Positions 27,783 to 38,284 of a DNA stretch of 38,846 bases are shown here, one piece after another. The stretch is from sequence record DRR378314_766. The stretch is one strand, 5' to 3'. The first letter of the stretch is position 1, and each line of letters starts with the position of its first letter. The position numbers were made by a program, and so were the translations under genes. Below the pieces are notes generated by a model. It was not told where the DNA came from. It saw only the letters and a program-made list of their open reading frames with translations, and ran no database searches.

Positions 27783-29078
27783 TTATTCAGCTTTAAAATG
27801 TTTTTTAATTGTACGCCAGCAATCAGTATAGTTTGGTTGGCGCTCTTTGCCTTCGAGGGCATATTTTGTAGGCGAAATTACATAGCGCGACTCAAACATA
27901 AAGGCGAGGGTGTTTTCGTAGCGCTGAGGCTCAAGTTCAGCATTTGACGCTTTTTCAAATACATCGGCTTCTGGCCCATGTGGCGACATACAATTATGTA
28001 AGCTCATTCCACCAGGCACAAAACCATGCTCTTTGGCATCGTACACACCTTCAATTAGCCCCATAAATTCACTCATAATATTACGGTGATAATAAGGTGG
28101 GCGGAAGGTGTTTTCAGCGACCATCCAACGTGGCGGGAAGATTGCAAAATCAATATTTGCAACGCCTTCAGTACCTGATGGTGACGTAAGCACTGTGAAA
28201 ATTGACGGATCTGGGTGATCAAAGCTTACTGTGTTCATCACATTAAAGCGTGCTAAATCGTATTTATACGGCGCGCTATTGCCTGTCCACGCGACAACAT
28301 CTAGCGGGGAGTGACCAATATCACAGCTGAACATATTGCCGTTAAACTTAGCGATTAATTCAAACTCGCCTTCTTTATCTTCAAACGCGGCCACAGGGTA
28401 TTGAAAATCACGATCGTTTGCATAGCCGTTTGCGCCCACAGGGCCTCGCTCAGCTAATACATATGCGTGGCCGTAGTTTTCACAAATATAACCTCGGGCC
28501 GTGTCAGTGAGTAGCATCACTTGGAATTTAATACCACGAGGTATTACCGCAATCTCACCAGCCTTCACAGTTAAGTTACCACATTCAGTTTTAAGCAGTA
28601 GCTCGCCTTGCTGCGGAACAAACAGCATTTCACCGTCAGCATTATAAAAATAGCGGTCGGTCATTGATTTATTGGCTACATATACGTGAATACCAATTCC
28701 TGCTTGGCCATTAGCATTGCCATTGGCGGCCATTGTGATCAGACCATCTATAAAATCTGTAGGTTGGCTTGGAATATCAATAGGGTTCCAACGTAACATA
28801 GTGGGTGGAGTCGGTACTTCAGTGATTGGTGCTGTGCGAATTAAGCCATTGTCTATAGCAGTGTAATCACCTTGTACCACTGAAGGGCGAATACGGTACA
28901 TCCAAGTGCGACGGTTATCAGCACGCGGGGCAGTGAACGCTGTTGTACTAAATTGTTCAGCGTACAAATCATATTTTACTTTTTGAGGGCTAAATTGACC
29001 AATAGGTAATGCACCGGGTAGGGCTTCGGTTTCAAACTCATTACCAAACCCTGTCATGTATTTTAATTCGCTTGTCAT
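27783..29078 (-). CDS. hmgA: Homogentisate 1,2-dioxygenase
   Basis: [50 protein letters not shown] before ATG 29078. Confidence 0.97.
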   Translation of the reverse strand: MTSELKYMTGFGNEFETEALPGALPIGQFSPQKVKYDLYAEQFSTTAFTAPRADNRRTWMYRIRPSVVQGDYTAIDNGLIRTAPITEVPTPPTMLRWNPIDIPSQPTDFIDGLITMAANGNANGQAGIGIHVYVANKSMTDRYFYNADGEMLFVPQQGELLLKTECGNLTVKAGEIAVIPRGIKFQVMLLTDTARGYICENYGHAYVLAERGPVGANGYANDRDFQYPVAAFEDKEGEFELIAKFNGNMFSCDIGHSPLDVVAWTGNSAPYKYDLARFNVMNTVSFDHPDPSIFTVLTSPSGTEGVANIDFAIFPPRWMVAENTFRPPYYHRNIMSEFMGLIEGVYDAKEHGFVPGGMSLHNCMSPHGPEADVFEKASNAELEPQRYENTLAFMFESRYVISPTKYALEGKERQPNYTDCWRTIKKHFKAE

Positions 29079-29111
29079 CACTCGACTCCTTTGTGTTTTA
29101 CTGTAAGATAC

Positions 29112-29123
29112 TCTCATGTGAGA
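29112..29123. promoter_or_regulatory. Putative MarR operator upstream of hmgA
   Basis: TCTCA-TG-TGAGA inverted repeat in the divergent intergenic region. Confidence 0.55.
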
Positions 29124-29216
29124 TTAAATTCAAACCTTCTGTTTTTATCGTGCTGTACATATTTATGAACAGGAAAAACACGACTGTAAAGCCCATTTGG
29201 GCGGAGATTTAAGAAG

Positions 29217-29648
29217 ATGGCACTCGATTTAGCGACCTTTTTACCTTATCGATTAGCAAACCTAGCCAGTAAAATGAGTGAGGAGTTTGCGGATGTATAT
29301 CAACAACAAAGCGACTTAACTATTCCACAATGGCGTATTTTATTTAATTTAGCGCAGTTTGGGCAAAGCCATGCAAAAGCTTTGTGTGAGCAAGCAGCAA
29401 TGGATAAATCAACTGTGTCACGCGCTATCAAAGCATTAATAGATAAGCGTTATGTGTTGAGTTTAGAGAATCCACAAGACAAGCGAGCCAATCTACTGGC
29501 ACTGAGTGATGAAGGTCATAGTTTATATCAACAACTGGCACCAGCTGCATTAGCGTGGGAGCAAGGTTTATTAGCGTCATTAACGCAAGATGAGTATACG
29601 GTTTTGTTAAGTTGCTTAGATAAATTACAGACAAAATTAGAGGCGTAA
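29217..29648 (+). CDS. MarR-family regulator of the hmgA operon (HmgS-like)
   Basis: FLPYRL, LTIPQWRIL, MDKSTVSRAI, DKR; divergent from hmgA. Confidence 0.92.
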   Translation: MALDLATFLPYRLANLASKMSEEFADVYQQQSDLTIPQWRILFNLAQFGQSHAKALCEQAAMDKSTVSRAIKALIDKRYVLSLENPQDKRANLLALSDEGHSLYQQLAPAALAWEQGLLASLTQDEYTVLLSCLDKLQTKLEA

Positions 29649-29651
29649 AAC

Positions 29652-29677
29652 AAAAAGCCCATCAAAAGATGGGCTTT
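29652..29677. terminator. Bidirectional terminator
   Basis: AAAAA-GCCCATC-AAAA-GATGGGC-TTT. Confidence 0.85.
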
Positions 29678-29708
29678 AGAATAACGTGTACCAAGTTAAC
29701 TTGGAAAA

Positions 29709-32700
29709 TTAGAAAGTGTATTTAACACCAACACGCATTTCCCATAGTGATGGTCTTGACTCAATGCTTGTACCTGATGGGTCTTTAAACTCATTAAATA
29801 CATACTGGCCATTCACGATGTCAGCTGAAACAGCACTTTGTAGTGCACTGCCCGTTTTAAGTACGCCCCAGTCATCGTTTATCATGTTACCGATGTTTTT
29901 GATAACAAAGTAAGCTGAACCTTTTTGGCCTTCGCCAAAGCCCATAAACTCTTGCTCAACTTTGAAATCTAACGTTACCCACCAGTCGCCATCGACGCTG
30001 TTACGGTTGTTAATTTTACCGCGTGTTAGGCCTTCACTTTCAACCCACTCATTAAATGCAGCTTGGTCAAAGTCATCGCCATACACAACTTGGCTGTCGT
30101 CAAGTGTTGGTACATATAGTAATTGACGGCTGTTATCGTTATAACCTAAGCCACCTGAGCGCGAATCAAACGCGTACGAATACGGGTTTGTTTGCTGTGC
30201 TTGACCAAATAAGTTGAACTTAGTCTCGTAGCCATCAAAAATTTCATGGTTATACGATACGCTCATAGTGAAACGATGAGGGATTTCGTAGTTAGACGTT
30301 GCAAGGCCTGGGTTTTCTGAATCAGATACCGCAACACCATGGTAGTTTGAGAATGCCACAGAGCTAGTCATTGGGTGAACATCTTTAGCAATGGTGTACG
30401 CATATGAAAGCGCTAAATCAATACCGTTATCAAAAGATTTATTCATCGCTAATGATAAGATTTGCGAGTATGCATCAGTGCCTTTTACATTGGTAAGAAG
30501 GAAGTCTGAACCACCGTTGTAAACCGGGCGGCCGTCTGGTGCAACACCTGTTTGCTCGTAAGCTAGGTTTTGAACGACTGCTGAGTCTTGCTTATCAGTG
30601 TAAAGATAATCAACGTTGAACACGTAATCGTTTTCAGTGATATAAGTACCACCTAAAGAGAACTTCCATTCTGAAGGAATTTCAAAGTTAGGATCAGTTA
30701 CGTTAACACCGGCATCCGCACCACCTTGACTGACTTTGTCATAAAGGTCTTGTGGAATATCAAAACCAGGTTGGCCATTGCCATTAAATGCAACTGCATT
30801 ATCACCTAAGATTTGCATACCACGTTGGTTAACTTGGATATTACGAACGCCATCGTTTGAGTAGCTGTTTGAAATCCAAACATTTGGGTTACCGCCTGAG
30901 TAAAGGCCGATACCACCACGGAACTCTAACTGGTCGCTGTAAATCCAGTTAACACCTAAGCGCGGTTGTAATAAGTCAATACCGTCTAAGTTTTGGCTGT
31001 TTGAAAAACCGTAACGGTCTTCAAAGTTTTGGTTATGTGTTGGTACATCATCGCTGGTGTAAAAATCATAACGAAGACCGGCAACAATTGAGATATCGTA
31101 ATCAATTAGGTCAAATTTATCTTGGAAATATAACGTGTTTAATGCGTATTTGAATTCACCCGCGGCGTCATCAGGGTTATGGCTTGATGCGTTACCGTAG
31201 TAAACACGTGCAATACCATTTTCAAAGTCATCCATGTTAGAGAAACGGTATTCACCTTCATTGTGTTGTACAAATAAGTTGAATACATCTAGCTCTTCAC
31301 GCTCATAACCAAATGAAAGTTCGTGATCTTCTAGGTAGTAAGTACCTGCAAGTTTAAGCGATAAGTTATCGTATTTAAGTTTATTCGCTTGGCGAGAATC
31401 ATCTGGACCAAGGTATACGTCAACATCACCAGTATCGACTCTAAACTCACCAAAACCTGATGCAGCATCAAGTGAATTTTGACGGTTATCAAGCTTTGAA
31501 TAGCCTACGCGTACTTCAGTTGAAAAGTCATCTGTCCAATCTGAGTAGAACGACGTTACGTATGATTGAAGTTCTGCGCCACGCTCATAGAAGTGATTTG
31601 ATAAAGATAAACGGCTAGAACCACTATCAGATTGCGCCAGTGAATAACCATCGTTGTAGTTATAAGCAAAGCTTGCACGGTGATCGTTGCTGATGTTCCA
31701 ATCAAGTTTGATTAAGATTTTTTCATCTTCAACTGGCATACTCGGTACCATAGTACCTGGATCGTAGTCATAAGAGTCGATAGAAATTTGTCTAATGCGG
31801 TCTACCGTTGCTTGGTCAATACGGCCGTTTGCAAACGGGGCATAGTCAAAAATTTGTGCGCCTTCAAGCTTTTCGTATGAAGTGAACAAGAATAACTTAT
31901 CTTCAATTAGCGGAAGACCTACATTAAAGCCATAACGTTTTTCTGAGTAATCACCTAAGTCTTGTTTTTCGCCTTCGATTGAATCGCCAGACATTGCATC
32001 ATTGGTGTAGTCGTAGAAAAAACCACCTTTGATTTCATTTGTACCAGACTTAGTTACTGCGTTGATGTTACATGATGTGAAACCACCATATTGTACATCA
32101 AATGGTGCAAGCTCTACGGCTACTTGTGCGATTGAATCGAAAGAGAATGGCATTCTTTCAGTTGGATAACCGCTTGAGTTCAAACCGAAGTTATCGTTCA
32201 TACGTACACCATCAACAGTTAAGCTATTGAAACGTGGGTTACCACCACCACAGTTAATAGCGCCTGCGTTTGTCTCGTCAATATAGATACGTGGGTCGGC
32301 ACGAATAACGTCTTTTAAGTCACGATTGATCGCTGGTTTGTTTTCTAAATCATCTAAAGAGAAATGAGAAGCAGGGCCAGTGCTGCCTGATTGTGAGCTG
32401 ATAGGTGCACCACTTACAACAATTTGTTCCATTTGTTGTGAACGCAGGGCCACAGAAATAGGGTAAGTTTGACCTAGTGTTAAATAGACGTCGTCTAGTT
32501 GCGCGTCTTCGTAAGTATCAGAATCTACGATTATTTTGTATGGGCCACCAACACGTAAACCCTTTGTAGAAAAGTTACCTTGTTCGTTTACCGTTGTTGT
32601 TTTTGTTGAACCTGAAGGTATATGAATAATAGTAATTTGCGTGCCTGAGGCAGGGTTACCATTAGGGCCTGTGATTTGACCTTTTACAGATGATGCAGTT

Positions 32701-32783
32701 TCATTTGCAAAAGCAGCACCACTTGCGCCAACACATGCTGCAATAGCAAGTGATAACGCAGTTTTGCGTAGTTGAATTTTCAT
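29709..32783 (-). CDS. TonB-dependent receptor, Oar-like with N-terminal extension
   Basis: Signal, GLRVGGPY extension domain, NSLTVDGVRMNDNFGLN, INAVTKSGTNE, C-terminal YTF. Confidence 0.96.
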   Translation of the reverse strand: MKIQLRKTALSLAIAACVGASGAAFANETASSVKGQITGPNGNPASGTQITIIHIPSGSTKTTTVNEQGNFSTKGLRVGGPYKIIVDSDTYEDAQLDDVYLTLGQTYPISVALRSQQMEQIVVSGAPISSQSGSTGPASHFSLDDLENKPAINRDLKDVIRADPRIYIDETNAGAINCGGGNPRFNSLTVDGVRMNDNFGLNSSGYPTERMPFSFDSIAQVAVELAPFDVQYGGFTSCNINAVTKSGTNEIKGGFFYDYTNDAMSGDSIEGEKQDLGDYSEKRYGFNVGLPLIEDKLFLFTSYEKLEGAQIFDYAPFANGRIDQATVDRIRQISIDSYDYDPGTMVPSMPVEDEKILIKLDWNISNDHRASFAYNYNDGYSLAQSDSGSSRLSLSNHFYERGAELQSYVTSFYSDWTDDFSTEVRVGYSKLDNRQNSLDAASGFGEFRVDTGDVDVYLGPDDSRQANKLKYDNLSLKLAGTYYLEDHELSFGYEREELDVFNLFVQHNEGEYRFSNMDDFENGIARVYYGNASSHNPDDAAGEFKYALNTLYFQDKFDLIDYDISIVAGLRYDFYTSDDVPTHNQNFEDRYGFSNSQNLDGIDLLQPRLGVNWIYSDQLEFRGGIGLYSGGNPNVWISNSYSNDGVRNIQVNQRGMQILGDNAVAFNGNGQPGFDIPQDLYDKVSQGGADAGVNVTDPNFEIPSEWKFSLGGTYITENDYVFNVDYLYTDKQDSAVVQNLAYEQTGVAPDGRPVYNGGSDFLLTNVKGTDAYSQILSLAMNKSFDNGIDLALSYAYTIAKDVHPMTSSVAFSNYHGVAVSDSENPGLATSNYEIPHRFTMSVSYNHEIFDGYETKFNLFGQAQQTNPYSYAFDSRSGGLGYNDNSRQLLYVPTLDDSQVVYGDDFDQAAFNEWVESEGLTRGKINNRNSVDGDWWVTLDFKVEQEFMGFGEGQKGSAYFVIKNIGNMINDDWGVLKTGSALQSAVSADIVNGQYVFNEFKDPSGTSIESRPSLWEMRVGVKYTF

Positions 32784-32961
32784 TATTAATTTCCCGTGTA
32801 AGGTATTATATTTTAGTAATTTTAAGTTGTAACATGCTTGGTTTGCTAAGCATTAAATTGTACCCATTCATTTTATTACAAATAGATTACATTGCACACA
32901 AATTTGTAATAAAAATAATGATAGGCGCTGAAATGAGTGCCTTAATCATGAAATACACTGT

Positions 32962-32995
32962 AATTTAAGTGTTTTTTATGACAGTAGTATGAAAT
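32962..32995 (-). promoter_or_regulatory. Putative Pho box promoter
   Basis: ATTTCAT-ACTA-CTGTCAT, then 10 nt, then TAAATT. Confidence 0.55.
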
Positions 32996-33011
32996 CGATT
33001 ATTTTAGATAT

Positions 33012-33040
33012 AAAAAAACCCGCCAATAAAGCGGGTTTTT
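33012..33040. terminator. Strong intrinsic terminator between the tandem receptors
   Basis: A7-CCCGC-N7-GCGGG-T5. Confidence 0.9.
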
Positions 33041-33063
33041 GATTATTCACTTACACAGTGGTA

Positions 33064-36000
33064 TTAGAACTTGTAGCTAATACCAATTTTAGCTTGCCAT
33101 GCAGATGATGACGTTGTGATTTGGCTGTAGTTACGAACATCAGCACCGTTATAACGGCTATCGATGATGTAGCGGCCTTGGTCATCTAAACCACCAAAGT
33201 CATACACAGCTTGGTCAGAGAAACCTAGGCGTTTTTCAACACCCCAATCGCTATTAAGCAAGTTTGCGAAGTTATCAACCATGAAGTAAACCTCACCGCT
33301 GTGGCCTTTAGCAAAACCAGGGATTTGTTGCTTGATGCTTACATCCATTGTGGTAACCCAAGGTTGAGTACCTGTGTTACGGTTTAGTATAGTGCCACGT
33401 TCAGAAATACCTGCACGATTAAGGAGTGTTTCAAGTTCTGACCAAGTCATGCCTGATTCTTCCCAGTTTACATTAGCGTCATCAGCCCCTGTTGGGATAT
33501 ACGCTAAGTAAGCAGAGCTTGAGTTAAAATCACGTGAGTCACCTAAATCACCATCTCGGAACATACCCATAGTGTAACTAAATGGACGACCTGAACGACG
33601 CTCAAAGTACATGTTGAACTTAGTTGCATAACCTGCGAAAAACTCAGTGTTGTAGCTCACGTTGACTTTAAAGCTGTGCTCAACTTCATATGAACCACGG
33701 TGCGCTAAATCTTGGTTACGGTTTTGCGTAATGTTGTACTGGTAGTTACTTTGTGCACGCGATGAAGAACCTGATGCTGCTTCAGTGATATCTTGGTGCG
33801 CATAGCTTGTTGAAATATAAAGACCGTTGTCCCACTCTTTTGCAAGAGCTGTTGAGAAGATAACTGAACGACCGTCTTCAGATGAATTTGTCATCGCAAT
33901 ATCAAAGTTATCTTGTAAATCGCCAGTGTATATACTCTCTTGAATTAAACGATCACCATCAGCAGCTGTGCCAACAGGACGAATGGCTGTGTTGTGCCAA
34001 ACCGCTTCATTTTCTTTAACATGGTAAGCAATTTCAGCCTGCCATTTGAAGCCATTGCCTAGTAACTCTGAATCAAAATCGTATTCAAAGCCTATTTGCG
34101 AACGAATGCTAGAAGGTAATTCAAAGTTTGGATCAACATAGTTCGTGCTACCTGCACCTTGAACTAACGTGTTTTTAATTTCATCTGGTACAACGGTAAT
34201 GTCTGCAGGGTTAGCCGCATAGTATTCGTCGATAGCGCTTTGTGGTGCTGCAACGAATGTAATACCGTCATTTTGGTATGAATTGTTATACCATACGTTT
34301 GGAATACCACCTTGGAAACGACCAATACCACCATTGATAGTAAGGGCTTCGGTTGCATAATACTTAAAGCCAGCACGTGGTAAAATAATATCTAAACCGT
34401 CTAGGTTTTCTTGGTTAGTAAAGCCATAGGTGCTCGCAAAGTTTTCATTCAGCGTTGGTTTGTCATCTGACGCTAAACGCTCATAACGAAGACCTGCTGA
34501 TAATTCTAAATCGTCGCCAATGTAGAAAGTATCTTCAATATATAGCGCTAATTGACTGCGAGTTGCATCGTATGCTGTATCTGCTGGGTTATTTGTGTAC
34601 GCATTGCTGTAAGAGAAGTCATACGTATCTCTAAAGTTACCTACTTCACGGTTTGCAAATCCGTCAAACGTATCAAATTCCCAAGAGCCTAGTGAGTTTG
34701 CGGCGAATAGATTGTAAAGATTAAGTGACTCGTAACGCGCACCAAAGCTAAGCTCATGCTCATCTAAAAGGTAGGTTGCGTCAAGCGTTAAGGTAAGGGT
34801 TTCAGTTGCAGAAGAGTTTGCATGGCGGAATTCGTCAGTACCAAACTGGAATGCAGGCCCACGGAAGCGCTCTTCAACTTTTACACTACCGATGTTTGAA
34901 TTTGTAATGCTGTCAGAAGTAACATCTTTGTATGCAATACCGATTTCAGTAGAGAAGTCTTCATTCCAATCAGAGTAAAGCTTGGATGAGAAGTTATTAA
35001 ACTTAGTTGCATAGGTGTAACGTGATGATGCTAAATCAACCGTACTACCGCCTGTGCCAAAATTACGCTCATCTTGGTCATCTTGCCACTGGTAAGTAAA
35101 GTCTAAACGGTGGTCATCATTAACATTCCAGCTTAGTTTAACCAATAAAGATTCATTGCTATCTTCAGGGTCACCACCTAATGAGTCTTGCATGCCGTAA
35201 ACTGAATCTAGAATTGAGATAAACTGGTTAAAGCTTTCTTCAGATACATCGTACTCGTTGGTCGCGCCTGAATCTTCAAAACCGTAATCTAGGTCAAGCT
35301 CGCTCTTCCAGCTGTTGTAGTTTACAAAATAAAATAGTTTATCTTCAATTAGCGGGCCGCCAATATTAAAGCCAAAACGCTCTTCTGTTTGGTTTGGTGA
35401 TACTTTGTTAACTTCATAGGTGCGGTGGCCATCTTTATCTAATACAGGGCTGCCATCAGCTGTAATTTGTGAAATGCTGTCCACATCACCGGCGATATCA
35501 GGTGTTGATGTTTCGTAAAAACCAGAAAACTTAAACTCGTTAGTACCTGACTTTGTTACGGCGTTGATTGTGCCGCCACCAAAGTTGCCTTTAGATGCAG
35601 AGAAAGGAGAAACATCTACAGAAATTTGTTCGATCGCATCAAGTGCTACAGGAGGTTGCGCAGTTGGGTAACCACCATAGTTAAGACCGAAGTCATCGTT
35701 TTGGCCAATGCCATCAACTGTTAAGCTATTTGAACGCGGGTTGCTACCAGCAAATGTTAGTTCGCCATTACCGTTGATGCTTGCAAGTGGGTTTAAACGG
35801 GCAACATCTTTAATATCGCGATTAAAGCTTGGCATATTATCGATGGTGTCTTCACCGAATACGCTGCTAGAACCACCTGACTGTTGTACAATTTTATAGC
35901 CAGATACTTCGATCTTTTCCATGCTTAACGGTGCTAACTGTGACGATAAACGATATGTATCACCTAGCTCTAAATAAATGTTATCCAACGTTGTGTCGTT

Positions 36001-36270
36001 AAACGTGTCTGAATCTACAACAACCGTGTAAGGACCGCCTACGCGAAGACCATTTGCGATAAACGTACCACTTTCGTTAGTCGTTAATTCACTCACAGTA
36101 CCTGTTGGTTGGTGGATAACTTTAATTTTAACATTGGCAGCGGCAGCGCCAGAAGGCGTAGTAATTTTACCGCGCATTGCTGATGATGTATCTGCTGCCA
36201 TAGCACTCGTTGAAACACCTAAAGCGAGTATTACCGCTCCAGTTAATTTCGAAAGACGAAGCTTGTTCAT
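33064..36270 (-). CDS. TonB-dependent receptor, Oar-like, paralogue of 29709-32783
   Basis: Signal, GLRVGGPY, NSLTVDGIGQNDDFGLN, INAVTKSGTNE, C-terminal YKF. Confidence 0.96.
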   Translation of the reverse strand: MNKLRLSKLTGAVILALGVSTSAMAADTSSAMRGKITTPSGAAAANVKIKVIHQPTGTVSELTTNESGTFIANGLRVGGPYTVVVDSDTFNDTTLDNIYLELGDTYRLSSQLAPLSMEKIEVSGYKIVQQSGGSSSVFGEDTIDNMPSFNRDIKDVARLNPLASINGNGELTFAGSNPRSNSLTVDGIGQNDDFGLNYGGYPTAQPPVALDAIEQISVDVSPFSASKGNFGGGTINAVTKSGTNEFKFSGFYETSTPDIAGDVDSISQITADGSPVLDKDGHRTYEVNKVSPNQTEERFGFNIGGPLIEDKLFYFVNYNSWKSELDLDYGFEDSGATNEYDVSEESFNQFISILDSVYGMQDSLGGDPEDSNESLLVKLSWNVNDDHRLDFTYQWQDDQDERNFGTGGSTVDLASSRYTYATKFNNFSSKLYSDWNEDFSTEIGIAYKDVTSDSITNSNIGSVKVEERFRGPAFQFGTDEFRHANSSATETLTLTLDATYLLDEHELSFGARYESLNLYNLFAANSLGSWEFDTFDGFANREVGNFRDTYDFSYSNAYTNNPADTAYDATRSQLALYIEDTFYIGDDLELSAGLRYERLASDDKPTLNENFASTYGFTNQENLDGLDIILPRAGFKYYATEALTINGGIGRFQGGIPNVWYNNSYQNDGITFVAAPQSAIDEYYAANPADITVVPDEIKNTLVQGAGSTNYVDPNFELPSSIRSQIGFEYDFDSELLGNGFKWQAEIAYHVKENEAVWHNTAIRPVGTAADGDRLIQESIYTGDLQDNFDIAMTNSSEDGRSVIFSTALAKEWDNGLYISTSYAHQDITEAASGSSSRAQSNYQYNITQNRNQDLAHRGSYEVEHSFKVNVSYNTEFFAGYATKFNMYFERRSGRPFSYTMGMFRDGDLGDSRDFNSSSAYLAYIPTGADDANVNWEESGMTWSELETLLNRAGISERGTILNRNTGTQPWVTTMDVSIKQQIPGFAKGHSGEVYFMVDNFANLLNSDWGVEKRLGFSDQAVYDFGGLDDQGRYIIDSRYNGADVRNYSQITTSSSAWQAKIGISYKF

Positions 36271-36309
36271 TTTGTTGATTCCCGTGTAATAGGTTATTTA
36301 AGGTTTTTA

Positions 36310-37170
36310 CTAATTGATGTTAGATGGCATCTTAAGTGCCTTGTCTAACGGTTTTGCTGAGCTATCGAACAAAGTATTCAATAACCCTGCGAGTCTGATA
36401 CCGGCTTGAAGTAAGCGCGTTTTAACAATCGGAATATTGTTGTAAATGTAGCTATAACTAACTTTATCGTTTTCTAATTTGTATAAGTTAGTGGCTAAGT
36501 TATGTGATTCGGTTAACCATTGCTCAGGTGAGCTTGCAAGGTACTCAGCTTTTATTTCAGCATTATGAATGTCGATAAATTGCGCAAACTCAGTGAACGA
36601 TAAGTTTTCGCTTTCAACTAATTTGGTATCCCACAGTGAATGCAGGTTGGTGTTTTCACCAAAGAAGGTTACTTTAATGCGGTTACCGCCTCTATCTTCG
36701 GCACGGCCAGCGTGAAATGGTTGGTGTGCATCACCCACTAAGTGAACAAGAAACCGCAGGCTAAAACGTTTAGCGTCCACAGTACTTTTTTCGTTCTTAA
36801 GCGTCTCAATAGCAAAGTACATTCCTTCAAGAATATTTTTTACGTTATCTTTATTTAATTGATGAGAATGGTCGTGAGAAAACTGTGAAGAATTAGTAGG
36901 GGAGTTAATGTAGTGCCAGCGAGAGGATTTCTTTTGCCAAAACTCACTTGGGTTCGAACGCATTTCATCAGCCCAAGTAGATATTTGTGCAAGGCTTTCA
37001 CCTTCTAATAGTTTGCTAAGTGATGAGCGGGTGGTATCGGTTATGTGGTTATCGGCAACCTGGCCAACAATCCTGTGGCCATTTTGACCCCAAGCGAGCG
37101 CATTTTGGGATGTAAAAAGAATGCTAATAGCTAAAAAACAACTGAGACCACTAATCCGATTGCTTAACAT
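36310..37170 (-). CDS. Secreted S1/P1 nuclease
   Basis: Signal ALA then mature WGQNGH; WAD, WHY, HLVGDAHQPFH and LHSLWD zinc-ligand motifs. Confidence 0.96.
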   Translation of the reverse strand: MLSNRISGLSCFLAISILFTSQNALAWGQNGHRIVGQVADNHITDTTRSSLSKLLEGESLAQISTWADEMRSNPSEFWQKKSSRWHYINSPTNSSQFSHDHSHQLNKDNVKNILEGMYFAIETLKNEKSTVDAKRFSLRFLVHLVGDAHQPFHAGRAEDRGGNRIKVTFFGENTNLHSLWDTKLVESENLSFTEFAQFIDIHNAEIKAEYLASSPEQWLTESHNLATNLYKLENDKVSYSYIYNNIPIVKTRLLQAGIRLAGLLNTLFDSSAKPLDKALKMPSNIN

Positions 37171-37390
37171 TTGTATTTTCCTAAAAATAAATTAACTGCG
37201 TACTGCACTATTCTTAGAGGTCAATTGTCCTGATTTTTAGTGGAATAGGAAGGACTCAACAAGATTCATAATTTCTTGTTCATAAACTATATTTATCAAT
37301 GGGTTATTTGTTTTGAGTAAAATTACCTATTGTAATGAGTAATTAAAATTGTTCAAATGGTGATATATTCGCTTTTGGATTGTTGAAGAT

Positions 37391-38284
37391 TTGAAAATTA
37401 AGCAGCAGATATTATCTCACTCTACATTTGTTACAGTTTTACTACTGTTTTTTGTGATGCTTTGGTTTACCACTCAATTGATTGTGGCTACTGAATCGAA
37501 AACGCTGAAGCCTTTAATAGAAACATCGAGCCGTTGTTTTACATCTGCGTCGCAAAACAAAGAGCAATTAATTATTTATGCAACGTCACAAAAAGTAGCT
37601 AAATCAATTATTAAAAGTTTGTGCGAAGATACTGTTGTAACAAAGCAATACGGTGAAGTACGAGGTTTTTGGGGTTATCGCACTGCTGACAGTATTGAGT
37701 TTGTGGGTAAAGGAATTGCTGATCTGATATTAGCGAAAAACAATATTATGTCTGCGTTTAAGGCAGAATCTACGTATAACTACCAACCAATTGTGGGTTT
37801 TCCAAGCTATACCGCATTTTTTATATCAGCAAAAGAAAAGCCTAAAATTGAAAAACAGTATTTTTTAGATAAGCGAATTGGCTTACTAGATTATCCAACC
37901 AGCCGCTCAGGTCATATTTTACCAAAACAAACCTTTAAAGAGTTAGGTATCAACTTAGAAAACTTAGACGTAACCTACGCAAGCTCCCACAGTGAACTTA
38001 GGGAGTTACTCGCAAACGGTGAGGTAGATATTATAGCCTCATTTTGGAAAAATACAGATCAACAAAGCTTTTCAAAAAACTATATTACGCCTATCAGTAA
38101 TAATATTATTGGCACACGCTGGTATTTAAAAATGCAACACGAAAATACTGACTTGCTATGTGCTATTCAAACAAATTTACTAGCATTATCACAATCACAA
38201 ACGTCTACTTACTTCAATCATGTTGAGCCCTATTGGCAATGCAGCGATTCAGGCGCTGTTTTCTTAGGAGAGGGTGATGATTAA
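37391..38284 (+). CDS. PhnD-like substrate-binding protein with an N-terminal membrane anchor or signal
   Basis: Hydrophobic N-terminus; IGLLDYPTSRSGHILP (PhnD SxSG motif), SH, GEVD. Confidence 0.75.
   Translation: MKIKQQILSHSTFVTVLLLFFVMLWFTTQLIVATESKTLKPLIETSSRCFTSASQNKEQLIIYATSQKVAKSIIKSLCEDTVVTKQYGEVRGFWGYRTADSIEFVGKGIADLILAKNNIMSAFKAESTYNYQPIVGFPSYTAFFISAKEKPKIEKQYFLDKRIGLLDYPTSRSGHILPKQTFKELGINLENLDVTYASSHSELRELLANGEVDIIASFWKNTDQQSFSKNYITPISNNIIGTRWYLKMQHENTDLLCAIQTNLLALSQSQTSTYFNHVEPYWQCSDSGAVFLGEGDD

Noticed and set aside
29691-29704. Perfect 14-bp palindrome CCAAGTTAACTTGG
   Set aside because: It lies between convergent stop codons next to a clear terminator; no function can be supported.
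32750-32968. 72-aa plus-strand ORF between the receptors
   Set aside because: AT-rich promoter DNA, antisense to the receptor leader, GTG start without a clear RBS.
3605-35899. Many antisense or nested ORFs in the track (e.g. 3605-4063, 5938-6279, 9199-9528, 20362-20655, 34164-34376)
   Set aside because: Shadows of well-supported genes with no independent motifs.
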